Below the pieces are notes generated by a model. The model searched no databases and was not told where the DNA came from. It saw nothing but the letters and a program-made list of their open reading frames with translations. Shown in pieces: positions 10,767 to 21,880 of a stretch of DNA of 64,000 nt; position 1 is the stretch's first letter, and each line of letters opens with the position of its first letter. Source of the stretch: Eledone cirrhosa (taxonomy: Eukaryota); NCBI GenBank assembly GCA_964016885.1, contig OZ024742.1:262818001-262882000 (forward strand), in the 5' to 3' direction. The translations under genes were made by a program, and so were the position numbers.

Positions 10767-13760
10767 GAGGTCCGCTGATGGGGACAGCTGACCTCAACAT
10801 AAAGTCACCAAACCGCCATTTCTTCATTAAGGACCTAATGTCTGGAAGAGGTTTCCTCATGGATACAGGAGCCTCCTGTAGTATTTGGCCGGTCCATTGC
10901 CTGAAAGATACCCCCATAGAGTCATCTGTTACGCTGCAGGCAGTTAACCACTCGTCTATAAAGACGTACGGGCAAATCTCGCTCCCTCTTAAATTCCTAA
11001 ATCTTCGAAGGAATTTTAAGTGGATTTTTACGGTTGCCGATTTGCCATATCCCATCTTAGGAACGGATTTCCTCCACAACTTCTCCTTAACTGTGGACGT
11101 CCGTGGCCAGTGCCTGGTGGATAACATCACCGGCTTTTCAATTCATGGCCAAGAAGCCAATGCTCCAATAGTCAGCCCCATGTTCTTTGTCGCTGCCGCT
11201 GGAGACGCCTACCATGCGTTGCTGGGTTCTTTCCCGGAGCTCAGGGATAGAAATTTTCGAGCCACTGACCCAACACACTCGACCGAAAATTTTGTTTCCA
11301 CCACCGGTGCTCCAGTGTTTTCACGTCCACGCCGCTTACCGACGGAAAAATTAAAGGCAGCACGGTCCGAGTTCAACCATATGTTGCAGCTGGGCATTAT
11401 TCGCCCATCTACGAGTCCTTGGGCTTCACCGTTACACATGGTGCCCAAGACTTCCGGCGACTGGAGACCCACTGGGGATTATAGGAGGTTAAATGCCATG
11501 ACCGTCCCGGATAAGTATCCCATTCCCCATCTCCACGATTTTGCATCTTCGCTGCAGTGGTGTAACATTTTTTCTAAGTTAGATTTAGTGTGAGCCTACC
11601 ACCAAATTCCGGTCAGGAAGGAGGATATTCCGAAAACGGCGATTACAACCCTTTTCGGATCCTTCGAATTTTTGACCATGCCTTTCGGACTCAGGAACGC
11701 CGCTAGCACTTTTCAGCGTTTCATAGACGAGGTTACGCGTGGTCTGGACTTCGTTTATGCTTACATAGACGATATTCTCGTTGCTAGTTCCTCTCCGGAA
11801 GAGCATATGCGCCACATGCTTCTCTTATTTCGGCGACTTCAGGATTACCGCGTTCGCGTGAATCCTGCAAAGTGTGTTTTCGGTTCCACTTCCCTACATT
11901 TTTTAGGCCACCTCATCGACGCCGAAGGTATTAGGCCGCTCCCTCACCAAGTTCAAGCCATACAGGAGTTACCTCCGCCTACTACACTTCACCAGTTGCG
12001 TCACTTCTTAGGCCTAATCAATTTCTATAGGCGTTTCGTTCCTCATTGTGCTAACTTGCTATCTTCCCTTACTGACATTTTAAAAAATCGTCATAAGAAG
12101 AATGAAGACATTTCCTTGACACAAGGACAGCTTCAGGACTTCCTGTCTGCCAAGACAGCACTCGCTAGTTCTTCTTTGCTAGCCCACCCGGTACCAGAGG
12201 CCAAGCTTTCACTTTGTGTTGATGCATCTGATACCGCTGTGGGAGCAGTTTTACAGCAGTCCTACGCTGAAAACCAACAACCTTTGGCATTTTTCTCGAG
12301 GAAGTTGAAACCAGCAGAAACGCGTTATAGCACGTTTGGGCGGGAATTATTAGCCATATATCTGTCGGTGAAACATTTCTCTCATATTCTTGAGGGGAGA
12401 AATTTTACGGTTTTTACCGACCACAAACCGTTGACCTTCGCTTTGAGGGCCAAAGCTGACAGATATTCGCCCAGAGAGACAAGGCACCTGGACTACGTTT
12501 CACAATTTACAAACGATATCCAGCACATTGCCGGCTCGCACAACATAGTTGCAGACGCAGTGTCACGTTTGCCAATTAGCTCCATCTCGTCATCCCAGGA
12601 GATCGACTTAGGTCGTTTAGCTGCAGACCAACCTGCACTCCAATCGTTGGACACTCTTTCTACTGAATTTGCGACTTGCATTTTCAAATATCTGCTCTTG
12701 TCCACCACCGACAGGCAGATTCTATGTGATGTATTTACTGATGCACCACGACCACTTGTTCCTGAGACTCACCGTTGAATTGTGTTCCTGGCTTTGCACA
12801 ACATTTCTCATCCAGGATCTGCTGCCACAGTTAAACTCATAACAGCCAGATTCTTCTGGCCAAATATGAGGCACGACATTGCTGCTTGGTGCCGTTCCTG
12901 TATCGCTTGCCAGAAATCGAAGATCCATAGACACATCCGGACTCCACTTGGTACTTTCACCACTCCAGATGCTCGGTTTCAACACATCCACATTGACATC
13001 GTTGGACCTTGGCCATTCAGCAGTGGATATTCATATATATTGACCTGTGTAGATCGTTTTTCGCGATGGCCTGAAGCCATCCCTTTACAAGACATGACTG
13101 CTGAGACTGTAGCATGTGCCCTGGTATCAGGGTGGATTACCCGCTTTGGGGAACCAACTACACTCACCACAGACCGTGGTAGACAATTCGAGTCCTATCT
13201 CTTCTCTGAGCTCACAAAAATAATTGGAGCTCAACGGATTCGGACCACGGCCTATCATCCTGCTTCAAATGGAATGGTGGAACGATTCCACCGCCAATTA
13301 AAGGCCGCTCTTCGCGCCTATCCAGACTCTCAACGTTGGAGCGAGTACCTTCCTATTGTGTTATTAGGAATTCGGTCATCAATAAAGGAGGACCTTGGGT
13401 TCTCCCCGGCCGAATTAATTTACGGTGCTCCTCTAGCGTTGCCTGGGCAAATGCTTGCCCCTGTTGATCTTGCTTTCCTACGTATCCCGTCTGCGTTCTT
13501 ATTTTCAGGACCTGCCGCCAATGGATACGAGGAAGCAAACTGTAAAACCTGCGGTTCCGAGGGATATTGCCTCGTAGACCCATGTGTTCGTAAGGAATGA
13601 TGCTGTGAGACCACCCCTCACACAACCATACTCTGGACCCTACCGTGTGTTAGCACGCACTGACAAACATTTCACTGTAGACGTTAAGGGGTCCAGAGAG
13701 ACAATTTCGGTGGATAGACTGAAAAGGGCACACAATGACGCTCATACACCCGAGCCACAA
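10760..13760 (+). pseudogene. pol: Gypsy pol (protease, RT, RNase H, integrase) in the -1 frame, disrupted
   Basis: [36 protein letters not shown] and D,D(35)E motifs plus a GPY-like motif. In-frame TGA at 11591 and 12776 and a frameshift near 13480. Confidence 0.93.
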
Positions 13761-14483
13761 ATACCCAAATCTTTCTCTTGTGCATACACCTGCTCCTTCT
13801 GCCCCACCTTCACCTACATACAAGACTACGACCCGTTCCAGTTGGAGAGTCCACTGGCCCAAAAAGTTCTGCCAAACTATTTTTATGTGAACTGGCCACT
13901 GGAGCCTTATATTTTTTTTTGCTGTTCTTGTTATTTATTGATTTATTGTATTACAATGTACCTCTCATTACCATTTCACTGGATGTATATATATGTTTTT
14001 TGTTTCCTCTTACAACGAACGTTTTAAGCTATATTCTTCTATTTGCTGGTTTATAAATTTACCACGTAAATTTGCCGTTGAAAACCGCACATTTATTAAG
14101 AATGTTTATTTCTCTGGTCGCTGGCCTCTTGACCCTTCCAGGTCAACGCATTCACAACATCAACAACAACACAGCTTCATCAACAACCAAAACCAGCAGA
14201 ACAAGCCAGACAATTTATTTCTGCAGCACTCTGCCTGTGAGAAATTCCCTTTGGAAGTTGGACATTTCATGTTATACCACAGACCAGAAACCACCTGCAT
14301 TCATTCTCTGGCACACATTCTTTACTGCTGTCATGTGATTGCACACATGTGAACTGTATTTTGGATATTTGAACTTTGACCTCTTCTCTTACTTTTATTA
14401 CATTGTATCATAATTTTCATGCCTCTTACATGCTCGCCATCTTACTCCATGCATGCTTCTTTCGATTTTTATGTTTTAAAAAT

Positions 14484-14497
14484 TTGGCGGGAGGTAA
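14484..14497 (+). promoter_or_regulatory. Polypurine tract
   Basis: TTGGCGGGAGGTAA lies immediately 5' of the 3' LTR. Confidence 0.7.
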
Positions 14498-14955
14498 TGT
14501 AGCAAGAGTTGCCTCCCTTGTCATGACAATCTCATCACCGCTCTGTAGACAGGAAGTAGCTGGAGTTGCTTCCCTTTGGGATTGACAGACTCCCTGTTGG
14601 TCACTTCCGGTCACCACCTATAAAAGGAACAGGTCACCACGATATCTCTCTCTCGCCTCCTGATTTCCGAAGTGGTAACACCTGCGACCTTAGCATGAGA
14701 TGATTCCTTTTTGATAATCCTTCGCCACCAAGAACAATGCAACATGCAGCCTGAGAGCCTAAGATGTTAAGACCAGCTAGAAAAGATCTCTTCTTTTCTC
14801 TACACACTTCAGCCTGGAGTTGTGACCATCGGGTAACGACTCATTTATATTTAATACCTTTGACTTCTATGAAGTAAAAACATTATCACAACACGCACTG
14901 GTATTTACTGTCTTTTGTAATAATTTTATATGTACACCGATACTAATCTCCTAAA
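14498..14955 (+). repeat. 3' LTR
   Basis: Direct repeat of 9045-9502. Confidence 0.95.
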
Positions 14956-14977
14956 CAACCTTATAGTGTGGAAATAA

Positions 14978-15058
14978 GCTGTCTGAAGATTCATTTCTTT
15001 CCATTGGAAATTCTCTGGATTTCCAATCTTTTGGAATGATGAAACCGTCGGTAACAGC
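14978..15058 (+). ncRNA. Type I hammerhead ribozyme, copy 2
   Basis: Identical to 8595-8675. Confidence 0.8.
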
Positions 15059-15445
15059 AATAGAACAGGTGATTATTTAAATCGTTTTTTAATTTATTTA
15101 GAGAATTGTTTGATAACCGCTTGCTCCGCTATTTTTATATTGTTCTGGTAACTCAAATTAGTACCATTGAACCACAAATATTATAAACACCTTGCACATT
15201 TCTACAAGTACATAGTACCTGTTGAAGTATTCATTCACTTTTATAATTTTTCTCCTTATGTAGAAAACAAAACGTTGAATAATGCTGCTAATTTTAGTGG
15301 CAATATCAACATGTTTATAATAAACAGCTATTATCTGCGACCTGATTTTGCGTGTGTGTCATTTTAACGGCTTGACCGCATGCGTTGGGCAGGAAGCGAA
15401 ATATTTACTTACTGTAGGGCTAGCAACCTTATAGTATGGAAATAA

Positions 15446-15526
15446 GCTGTCTGAAGATTCATTTCTTTCCATTGGAAATTCTCTGGATTTCTAATCTTTT
15501 GGAATGATGAAACCGTCGGTAACAGC
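15446..15526 (+). ncRNA. Type I hammerhead ribozyme, copy 3
   Basis: 468 bp after copy 2, with one C>T in distal stem II that can form a G-U pair. Confidence 0.8.
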
Positions 15527-15597
15527 AATAGAACAGGTGATTATTTAAATCGTTTTTTAATTTATTTAGAGAATTGTTTGATAACCGCTTGCTCCGC

Positions 15598-15651
<54 letters not shown>

Positions 15652-15652
15652 C

Positions 15653-17293
15653 ATCATCATCATCATCATCAACGTTTAACGTCCGTGTTCCACGCTTGCA
15701 TGGGTTTGGACGGAGGGTTTTCCCACTTGAGGCAAGAGTGATTGTCTTGCTCGCATAGGACTATCTGGCAGGTTTTCTACAGTTGGATGCCCTTCCTAAC
15801 ACCAACCACATTTACAGTGTGGGACTGGGAGGTTTTTACCGTGTTGCCTACACGGCCACATTACAGCGTGGATTGTGTGTTTTTTTGTTGTGACACCTAC
15901 ACGATCTCATTTGTTTCGGCCTGGATGGTGAGGCACCAACATAACTTTACATAGAAGGGGGCGGTGTGGATGGGGTGGGGGTGGTGGGACGGGGGGTGTA
16001 TTTTGTTAGAGATGCCTACTGACTGTAGTAGGTTTTACTTTGTATTTAGGTAAGGCGGGTCTTCTCTATTACTGAGTACCGCCAAAGGTCTCGGTCCAGT
16101 GACATTGTCTTGGTGAGGTGTAAGTGTGTGAGGTCGGAGTTTATCAGCTCCTCCCAGGTTTTTCTGGGTCTGCCTATTCCGTGGCTACCGTCTATCTTTA
16201 TTACCCTGCACTTTGTTATACAGCTATCGTCCTTCATGCGCATCACGTGACCATACCAACGTAGCCTTCTCTCTAGTAAACAACGTCTGATCCCTCTTAT
16301 TTCTAATTTTTTCCTTAGTTCGTTTATGCTTTGTCGTTCACGTATATTACTATTACACATCCAGCGGAGCATGCAAGCTTCGTTTCTCTCTAGTCTGCGT
16401 ATATCCTCTGCACACAATGCCCAGGTCTCACTGCCATGCAACATTGCTGTTCGTATGCAGGCATCGTACAACCTGCCTTTCATTTTTAGGGAGAACCCTT
16501 TAGCGGCTAACAGTGGTATAAGCTCTCTGAACTTTTTCCACCCAGTGCTGACTCTAGCTACTGTACTTTCAGAGCACCCTCCCCCACTGCTGATTTTGTC
16601 ACCCAGGTAACGGAAGCTGTCCACTATTTCTATAGAACCCTCTGCGCAGTTGAAAGAGCTAGTATTTTGTGGGCACTTGCTGCTACTTATTGCCCCAGAA
16701 CACCGGCCACATGTAAAATCTATGTTCTTAGTTAGCTTACCTGTGATCCCACTACATCTTTTATGCACCCAAACTTTGCATTTGGGACACAAAATGGAAT
16801 TTCTACCTACGCCTTTCCTACACTCTGCGCATGGCCACTTCCCGGAGGGGACCGCCGCCTTATTTTCTTTCTTACAAACTAGAACTTTAGTCTTAACCAG
16901 GTTAATTTTAAGGCCTTTTGATTCTAGGCCGTGCTTCCATGTTTGGAATTTCTTCTCTAGCTCGGCCATTGATTCAGCTATGAGCGTTAGATCATCTGCG
17001 TATAGGAGTTCCCATGGGCAGCCGGTCTTGAACTCCACTGTTATAGCCTGGAGGGCAATAATAAATAGTAGGGGGCTAAGAACAGAGCCCTGATGAACAC
17101 CAACTTTTACACTAAACTCTTCACTATATTCGTTGTTAATTCTAACCTTGCTGACTGTTTCTTTATACATGGCTTGTATAGCTCTCACAAGCCATTCATC
17201 AACACCTAGTTTTCTAAGAGCCCACCAGATAATGGAACGGGGGACTCTGTCGAAGGCCTTCTCCAAGTCGACGAAAGCTAAGTATAGGGGTTT
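15653..17293 (-). mobile_element. Young 5'-truncated RTE LINE with (GAT)n tail, in (TA)n
   Basis: Uninterrupted RT frame, ~390-bp 3' UTR and a (GAT)n tail, with TA-rich microsatellites on both sides. Confidence 0.95.
16046..17293 (-). CDS. RTE reverse transcriptase, C-terminal ~415 aa with a Cys-rich PHD-like insert
   Basis: AFVDLEKAFD, GVHQGSVLSPLLF, LYADD, CAEC..CPKC..HKRC..CGRC and RLRWYGHV. The N-terminus of the ORF-track call is microsatellite/SINE read-through. Confidence 0.9.
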   Translation of the reverse strand, partial: KPLYLAFVDLEKAFDRVPRSIIWWALRKLGVDEWLVRAIQAMYKETVSKVRINNEYSEEFSVKVGVHQGSVLSPLLFIIALQAITVEFKTGCPWELLYADDLTLIAESMAELEKKFQTWKHGLESKGLKINLVKTKVLVCKKENKAAVPSGKWPCAECRKGVGRNSILCPKCKVWVHKRCSGITGKLTKNIDFTCGRCSGAISSSKCPQNTSSFNCAEGSIEIVDSFRYLGDKISSGGGCSESTVARVSTGWKKFRELIPLLAAKGFSLKMKGRLYDACIRTAMLHGSETWALCAEDIRRLERNEACMLRWMCNSNIRERQSINELRKKLEIRGIRRCLLERRLRWYGHVMRMKDDSCITKCRVIKIDGSHGIGRPRKTWEELINSDLTHLHLTKTMSLDRDLWRYSVIEKTRLT

Positions 17294-17347
17294 ACATATA
17301 TATATATATACATATATATATATACATATATCTATACATATACATAT

Positions 17348-17382
<35 letters not shown>

Positions 17383-17383
<1 letters not shown>

Positions 17384-17665
17384 GGAGGCATATGGCTTAG
17401 TGGTTAGAGCATTGGTCTTGCAATCGATAGGTTGTGAGTTCAATTCTCAGACCGGGTGATGTGTTGTTTCCTTGAGCAGGGCACTTTATTTCACATTGCT
17501 CCAGTTTACTCAGTTGTAGAAATGAGATGATAGGGAGTGGGGTCCCTATTATTCCACTGCAAAGTGGTCGTGTAGGTGCCACGGAAAAAAAGCACCCAGC
17601 ACTCACTGTAAATGAGGTTGGTGTTAGGAAGGGCATCCAGCTGTAGAAATCAAGCCAGAATCAAT
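17383..17665 (+). mobile_element. tRNA-derived SINE, 3'-truncated
   Basis: A-box TGGCTTAGTGG, B-box GAGTTCAATTCT and a 3' part shared with the RTE UTR. Confidence 0.85.
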
Positions 17666-17822
17666 TTTTTTCAAACTTTACACATGTAATATTCATGGTC
17701 ATGTGAGTATTTGACAAAAAAAATTTCAAATTACAATGCCCTTATAATATCTGTCTGTATGTCTGGCTGTCTGCATTACAACATTATGACACTATCTGTG
17801 TGTGTGTGTATATGTATATATA

Positions 17823-17866
<44 letters not shown>

Positions 17867-17945
17867 TGTAACGTTTTTCGAAATATTTACTTCTGCGTTC
17901 ACAGATTGATATTTTTAGTTTCAGAAGATCCCGTTAAGGGTGAAA

Positions 17946-18292
17946 TCATCATCACCGTTTTACGTCCGTTCTTCCACGCTAGCATGGGTTAGACGGGTTG
18001 TCCTGTTGTGTGCAGTGTCTGGTCGGCTGACCATGCCTTGCTCATACAGGAACTGATCTGGCTTGATTTCTACAGCTGGATGCCCTTCCTAACACCAACC
18101 TTATTTACAGTGAGTGCTGGGTGCTTTTTCGTGGCGCCTACACGACCACTTTGCAGTGGAATAATAGGGACCCCACTCCCTATCATCTCATTTCTACAAC
18201 TGAGTAAACTGGAGCAATGTGAAATAAAGTGCCCTGCTCAAGGAAACAACACATCACCCGGTCTGAGAATTGAACTCACAACCTATCGATTG
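17946..18292 (-). mobile_element. Near-identical SINE copy, inverted and 5'-truncated
   Basis: Reverse complement of 17420-17665 plus a full (GAT)n tail. Confidence 0.85.
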
Positions 18293-18686
18293 GCACCTCC
18301 ACGACCACCTTGCGGTGGGGGGGGTGGGGGCATATTGTTTATATGCTTCAGCATGTACCCATGGGATACATGCTGACGCCAGAAGTCACGGTCGTGTGTC
18401 ATTGTCTTTGAGAGGTGTAATTGGGTAAGGTCGGCTTTTATCACCTCATCCCAGGTCATCTTGGGTCTCCCCACTCCGCGGTTTCCATCAACTTCTAGTG
18501 CTCTGCACCTTTTTATGCAGCTGTCATCCTTCATACGCATCACATGTCCATACCAGCGCAACCGCCTCTCCTGCACACAGCATTTGATTCCTCTTATGCT
18601 CAGTCTCTCTCTCAATTCATTTATGCTTTGTCGTTCACGTATATTACTGTTATTCATTTATGCTTTGTCGTTCACGTATATTACTG
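18293..18686 (-). mobile_element. RTE 3' fragment fused to the SINE
   Basis: ERRLRWYGHVMRMKDD...GRPKMTW, with a ~34-bp tandem duplication at its 5' end. Confidence 0.8.
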
Positions 18687-18723
<37 letters not shown>

Positions 18724-19407
18724 TATATTCGTGTACAGATATTTTTGCATACACAAAAACAAAATATAAACAGCAGCAAAAACAACAACAAAAAAGAGAG
18801 GGAACGCAATTGCATGCTTTTGAAAATTCGTATTGAAAAATTATTTGCCTTTTCACCCAAAGCGACTTCACTTTTCATTGACTTCTGCATCAATTTGTGA
18901 ACATACAACGAAACATTGAAAGGAGTAAGACCACACCACTCTCCACCACTGCAGTCCCACATGCTTACTGCTCTGTAACTATTGCTTTCATTGTACCATA
19001 GCACAACAAATACATGTTCGGTTTGTCGAATGCCTTTTTACTTAACCCTATCATCTTGGCTTTCGTGGGTTGAACATTTTACTCTCAGGCACCCAATTAA
19101 GTTAAACCCCTGGTAATCTACAACAAATTTTTTTTATAAGCACAAAATGTAAACACCATCCCCAGCTTGAGGTATTCCGTACTTCTCTGTACTGTTTCAG
19201 AAAGGAGGGATAAACATGCCAATCTATGTTTAGAATCCCGAGCAACGCCGGGCCATTCGCATCCAAGGGGGAAAGTTTTTAGCTGGAGAAGAACAACACG
19301 TGGCCTCTGTAGTCTATCATGTCTGTACAACTGAACTACTCTGTAGGGCACGCGTGCACGCAGAATAGTTCTTCTGTACTAGAGTAGTGGGATACACATC
19401 TTCGCTG

Positions 19408-20060
19408 TCATCATCATCATCATCGTTTAACGTCCATATTCCACGCTTGCATAGGTTTGGACGGGGGTTTTCCCACTTGAGGCAAGAGTGGTTGACTTGC
19501 TCGCATAGGACTGTCTGGCGGGTTTTCTACAGCTGGATGCCCTTCCTAACACCAACCACATTTACAGTGTGGGTCTGGGAGGTTTTTACCGTGTTGCCTA
19601 CACAGCCACATTACAGCGTGGACTGTGTGTTTTTTTGTCGTGACATCTACACGATCTCATTTGTTTCGGCCTGGATGGCGCAGCACCAACATAACTTTAC
19701 ATTGAAGGGGCGGTGTGGAGGGGGGGGGAGTATTTTGTTAGAGATGCCCACTGACTGTAGTAGGTTTTACTTTGTATTTAGGTAACGCGGGTCTTCTCTG
19801 TTACTGAGTACCGCCAAAGGTCTCGGTCCAGTGACATTGTCTTGGAGAGGTGTAAGTGTGTGATGTCGGAGTTTATCAGCTCGTCCCAGGTTTTTCTAGG
19901 TCTGCCTACTCCGTGGCTACCGTCTATCTTTATTGCCCTGCACTTTGTTATACAGCTGTCGTCTTTCATGCGCATCACGTGACCATACCAACGTAGCCTT
20001 CTCTCGAGTAAACAACATCTGATCCCTCTTATTTCTAATTTTTTCCTTATTTCTTATATT
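19408..20060 (-). mobile_element. RTE 3' fragment (same family as 15653-17293) inserted into the PLE 3' region
   Basis: Closely matches 15653-16320 and ends in a (GAT)n tail. Confidence 0.9.
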
Positions 20061-20988
20061 CAGTCTTTGATACTGGCAGGTATGGAGTTGGTATTGGTAG
20101 TCTGCCTGATTGTTGTTTGTTGGTCGGTGGATGGTGGACACGATATATACACAATAACAATCGTTCAATTGCTACTCTGTGTGTGTTGTTTCATTTGTTT
20201 ACACCAGCCATCTCATCTCACTTCTCTCGGATCGGTTATTTATTTGTGGTCCAAGGCGTTTGATCCAAAGTGCTTCCTTGATTCTTAAAGTGCCGACATT
20301 GTGTTCTGTTGCTAACACTGTGACAATGGGCCTTCCGCCTTTGTTTCCGTATTTGGTTGTGTTTCCAGAAATACGAGGCTCTGGTGTTGATGTGCTCTTT
20401 GATCCGGACATGTAGTGGCCAGATGGTGCTACCGATGTAGAAGTCGTTGCACTTGTCACATTCTATCTAGTATACGATGTACATGCATAAGCAACAGTTC
20501 GTTTGGCGCATCGGACAGTTGCTGAGGGAACACGCGTCAACCAATTTCTTGGGTTTCCTGGAGAGGCATCTCCGTAGGGAGGGGCTCGAGTGGGCCAAGT
20601 GGAGGTCAAGGCTCTCCCTCTCCATATGGCCCTGCGGATAGCGTAGGTGGTTTTCTCGACCAGGTGCGGGATTTTAAGGAAGCACTTGCCTTGGATGTTT
20701 CTCTTACTCTGCTTGTAAATGATGCTGGGTATCCGTTCAACTCCAGCACCCTGAGGAACCGCTTGGTATGGGTGACACCATTCACGGGATCGCTGCATCT
20801 ATTTTTAATCCGCGTGATCTTGTCCGTGATGTAATCTCTTTTAGCACTGTTAGGGAGAGCAGATTTGTAGTGGATGAACAAGTCTCTGCAGACTGCCTTG
20901 CGGTAGAAGCTGGTGTTGATCCTTCCACGCTCGATACAATAGGCCTGATCTTCAGTTCGGGTCCCTGTTTGTGTGTTTTCACGAGGTG
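20060..20988 (-). mobile_element. Penelope-like element, left arm (internally deleted RT, thumb and GIY-YIG C-terminus)
   Basis: KTHK..IRPIVS is fused to INTSFYRK..HYKSALP and ends LRIKEALWIKRLGPQINNRSE*. Confidence 0.85.
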
Positions 20989-20999
20989 AAAACACAAAA

Positions 21000-21880
21000 C
21001 ACCTCGTGAAAACACACAAACAGGGACCCGAAAGGAAGATCAGGCCTATTGTATCGAGCGTGAAAGGACCGCTCTACAAAATTTCATGGCTCCTAGCCAG
21101 AATACTTAAACCCTGGCTGGACACCTTGCCGGGACACGTAAACAGCTCAGAGGAAGTGTTGGAATGTCTACATCAAATGGATCCTGACACCTGAAAGTCT
21201 AACAGGTATGCCTTCAGCCTTGATGTGGTCGCTGTTTACACCTCGGTCCCGGCCGTCGATATACTGATAGAACATGTTCAATCTACCGACCTACAGTGCT
21301 TCGGGATCACCCCCACTGACATCCACCAGCTCCTATCCATCGTCGTTGACAACACATATTTCCATTTTCTCGACCAAACATACAGGTAGACCTCAGGGCT
21401 ACTGTTGGGCTCAAGCTTGTCGGGCGTGCTAGCGATCTTGTACATGGACAGCCTCGAACACAAGGCACTCAACACCAACCACCCCAATGCCGTCGCCTTC
21501 TTCTCAAGATACATGGACGACATCCTCATCCTCACGTCTTCCCAGGAGATGGCGAGTGGGATTTACGAGACGTTCAGCAACACGTACGAGAATATTGACT
21601 TCAGTGTTGAACACCCCAACGACGACGGGTCCCTTGCCTTCGACTTCCAAATCAACATCACAGAGCAGGGAGGGATCAACACCAGCTTCTACTGCAAGGC
21701 AGCCTGCAGGTACTTGTTCGTCCCCTACAAATCCGCCCTCCCTAACAGTGCTAAAAGAGGGTACACCACAAACAAGATCACGCGGATTAAAAATAGGTGC
21801 AGCGATCCCGTGAGTGGTGTTGCCCATACCAAGCGGTTCCTCAGGGTGCTGGAGACGAACGGATACCCAGCATCATTTAC
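21000..21880 (+). mobile_element. Penelope-like element RT, right arm (disrupted)
   Basis: KTHK..RPIVS, FSLDVVAVYTSVP, GSSLSGVLAILYM and RYMDD motifs, with stops at about 21192 and 21387. Confidence 0.9.

Larger units (their letters stand above)
9045..14955 (+). mobile_element. Full-length, disabled Ty3/Gypsy LTR retrotransposon
   Basis: Two 458-bp LTRs, 4-bp TSD CAAC (9041-9044 and 14956-14959), PBS, PPT and gag-PR-RT-RNaseH-IN domain order. Confidence 0.97.
14956..15608 (+). repeat. 468-bp tandem repeat, right part
   Basis: Resumes exactly where the repeat was cut at 9044 and ends in (TA)n. Confidence 0.95.

Noticed and set aside
13780-14480. env-like third ORF in the Gypsy element
   Set aside because: Only short low-complexity ORFs with no signal peptide or fusion-protein features. 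Best read as 3' UTR.
17383-17455. tRNA gene
   Set aside because: The A/B boxes continue into a SINE body with no proper acceptor stem. The same applies to the other SINE heads.
19395-20070. Hammerhead in the PLE 3' UTR interrupted by the RTE insertion (reconstructed CTGATGA)
   Set aside because: No stem II-GAAA follows in the reconstructed empty site.
21192-21194. In-frame TGA in the PLE RT as selenocysteine (Naiad-like)
   Set aside because: The same frame has a TAG and other lesions, no SECIS was recognised, and CGA>TGA decay is the simpler explanation.
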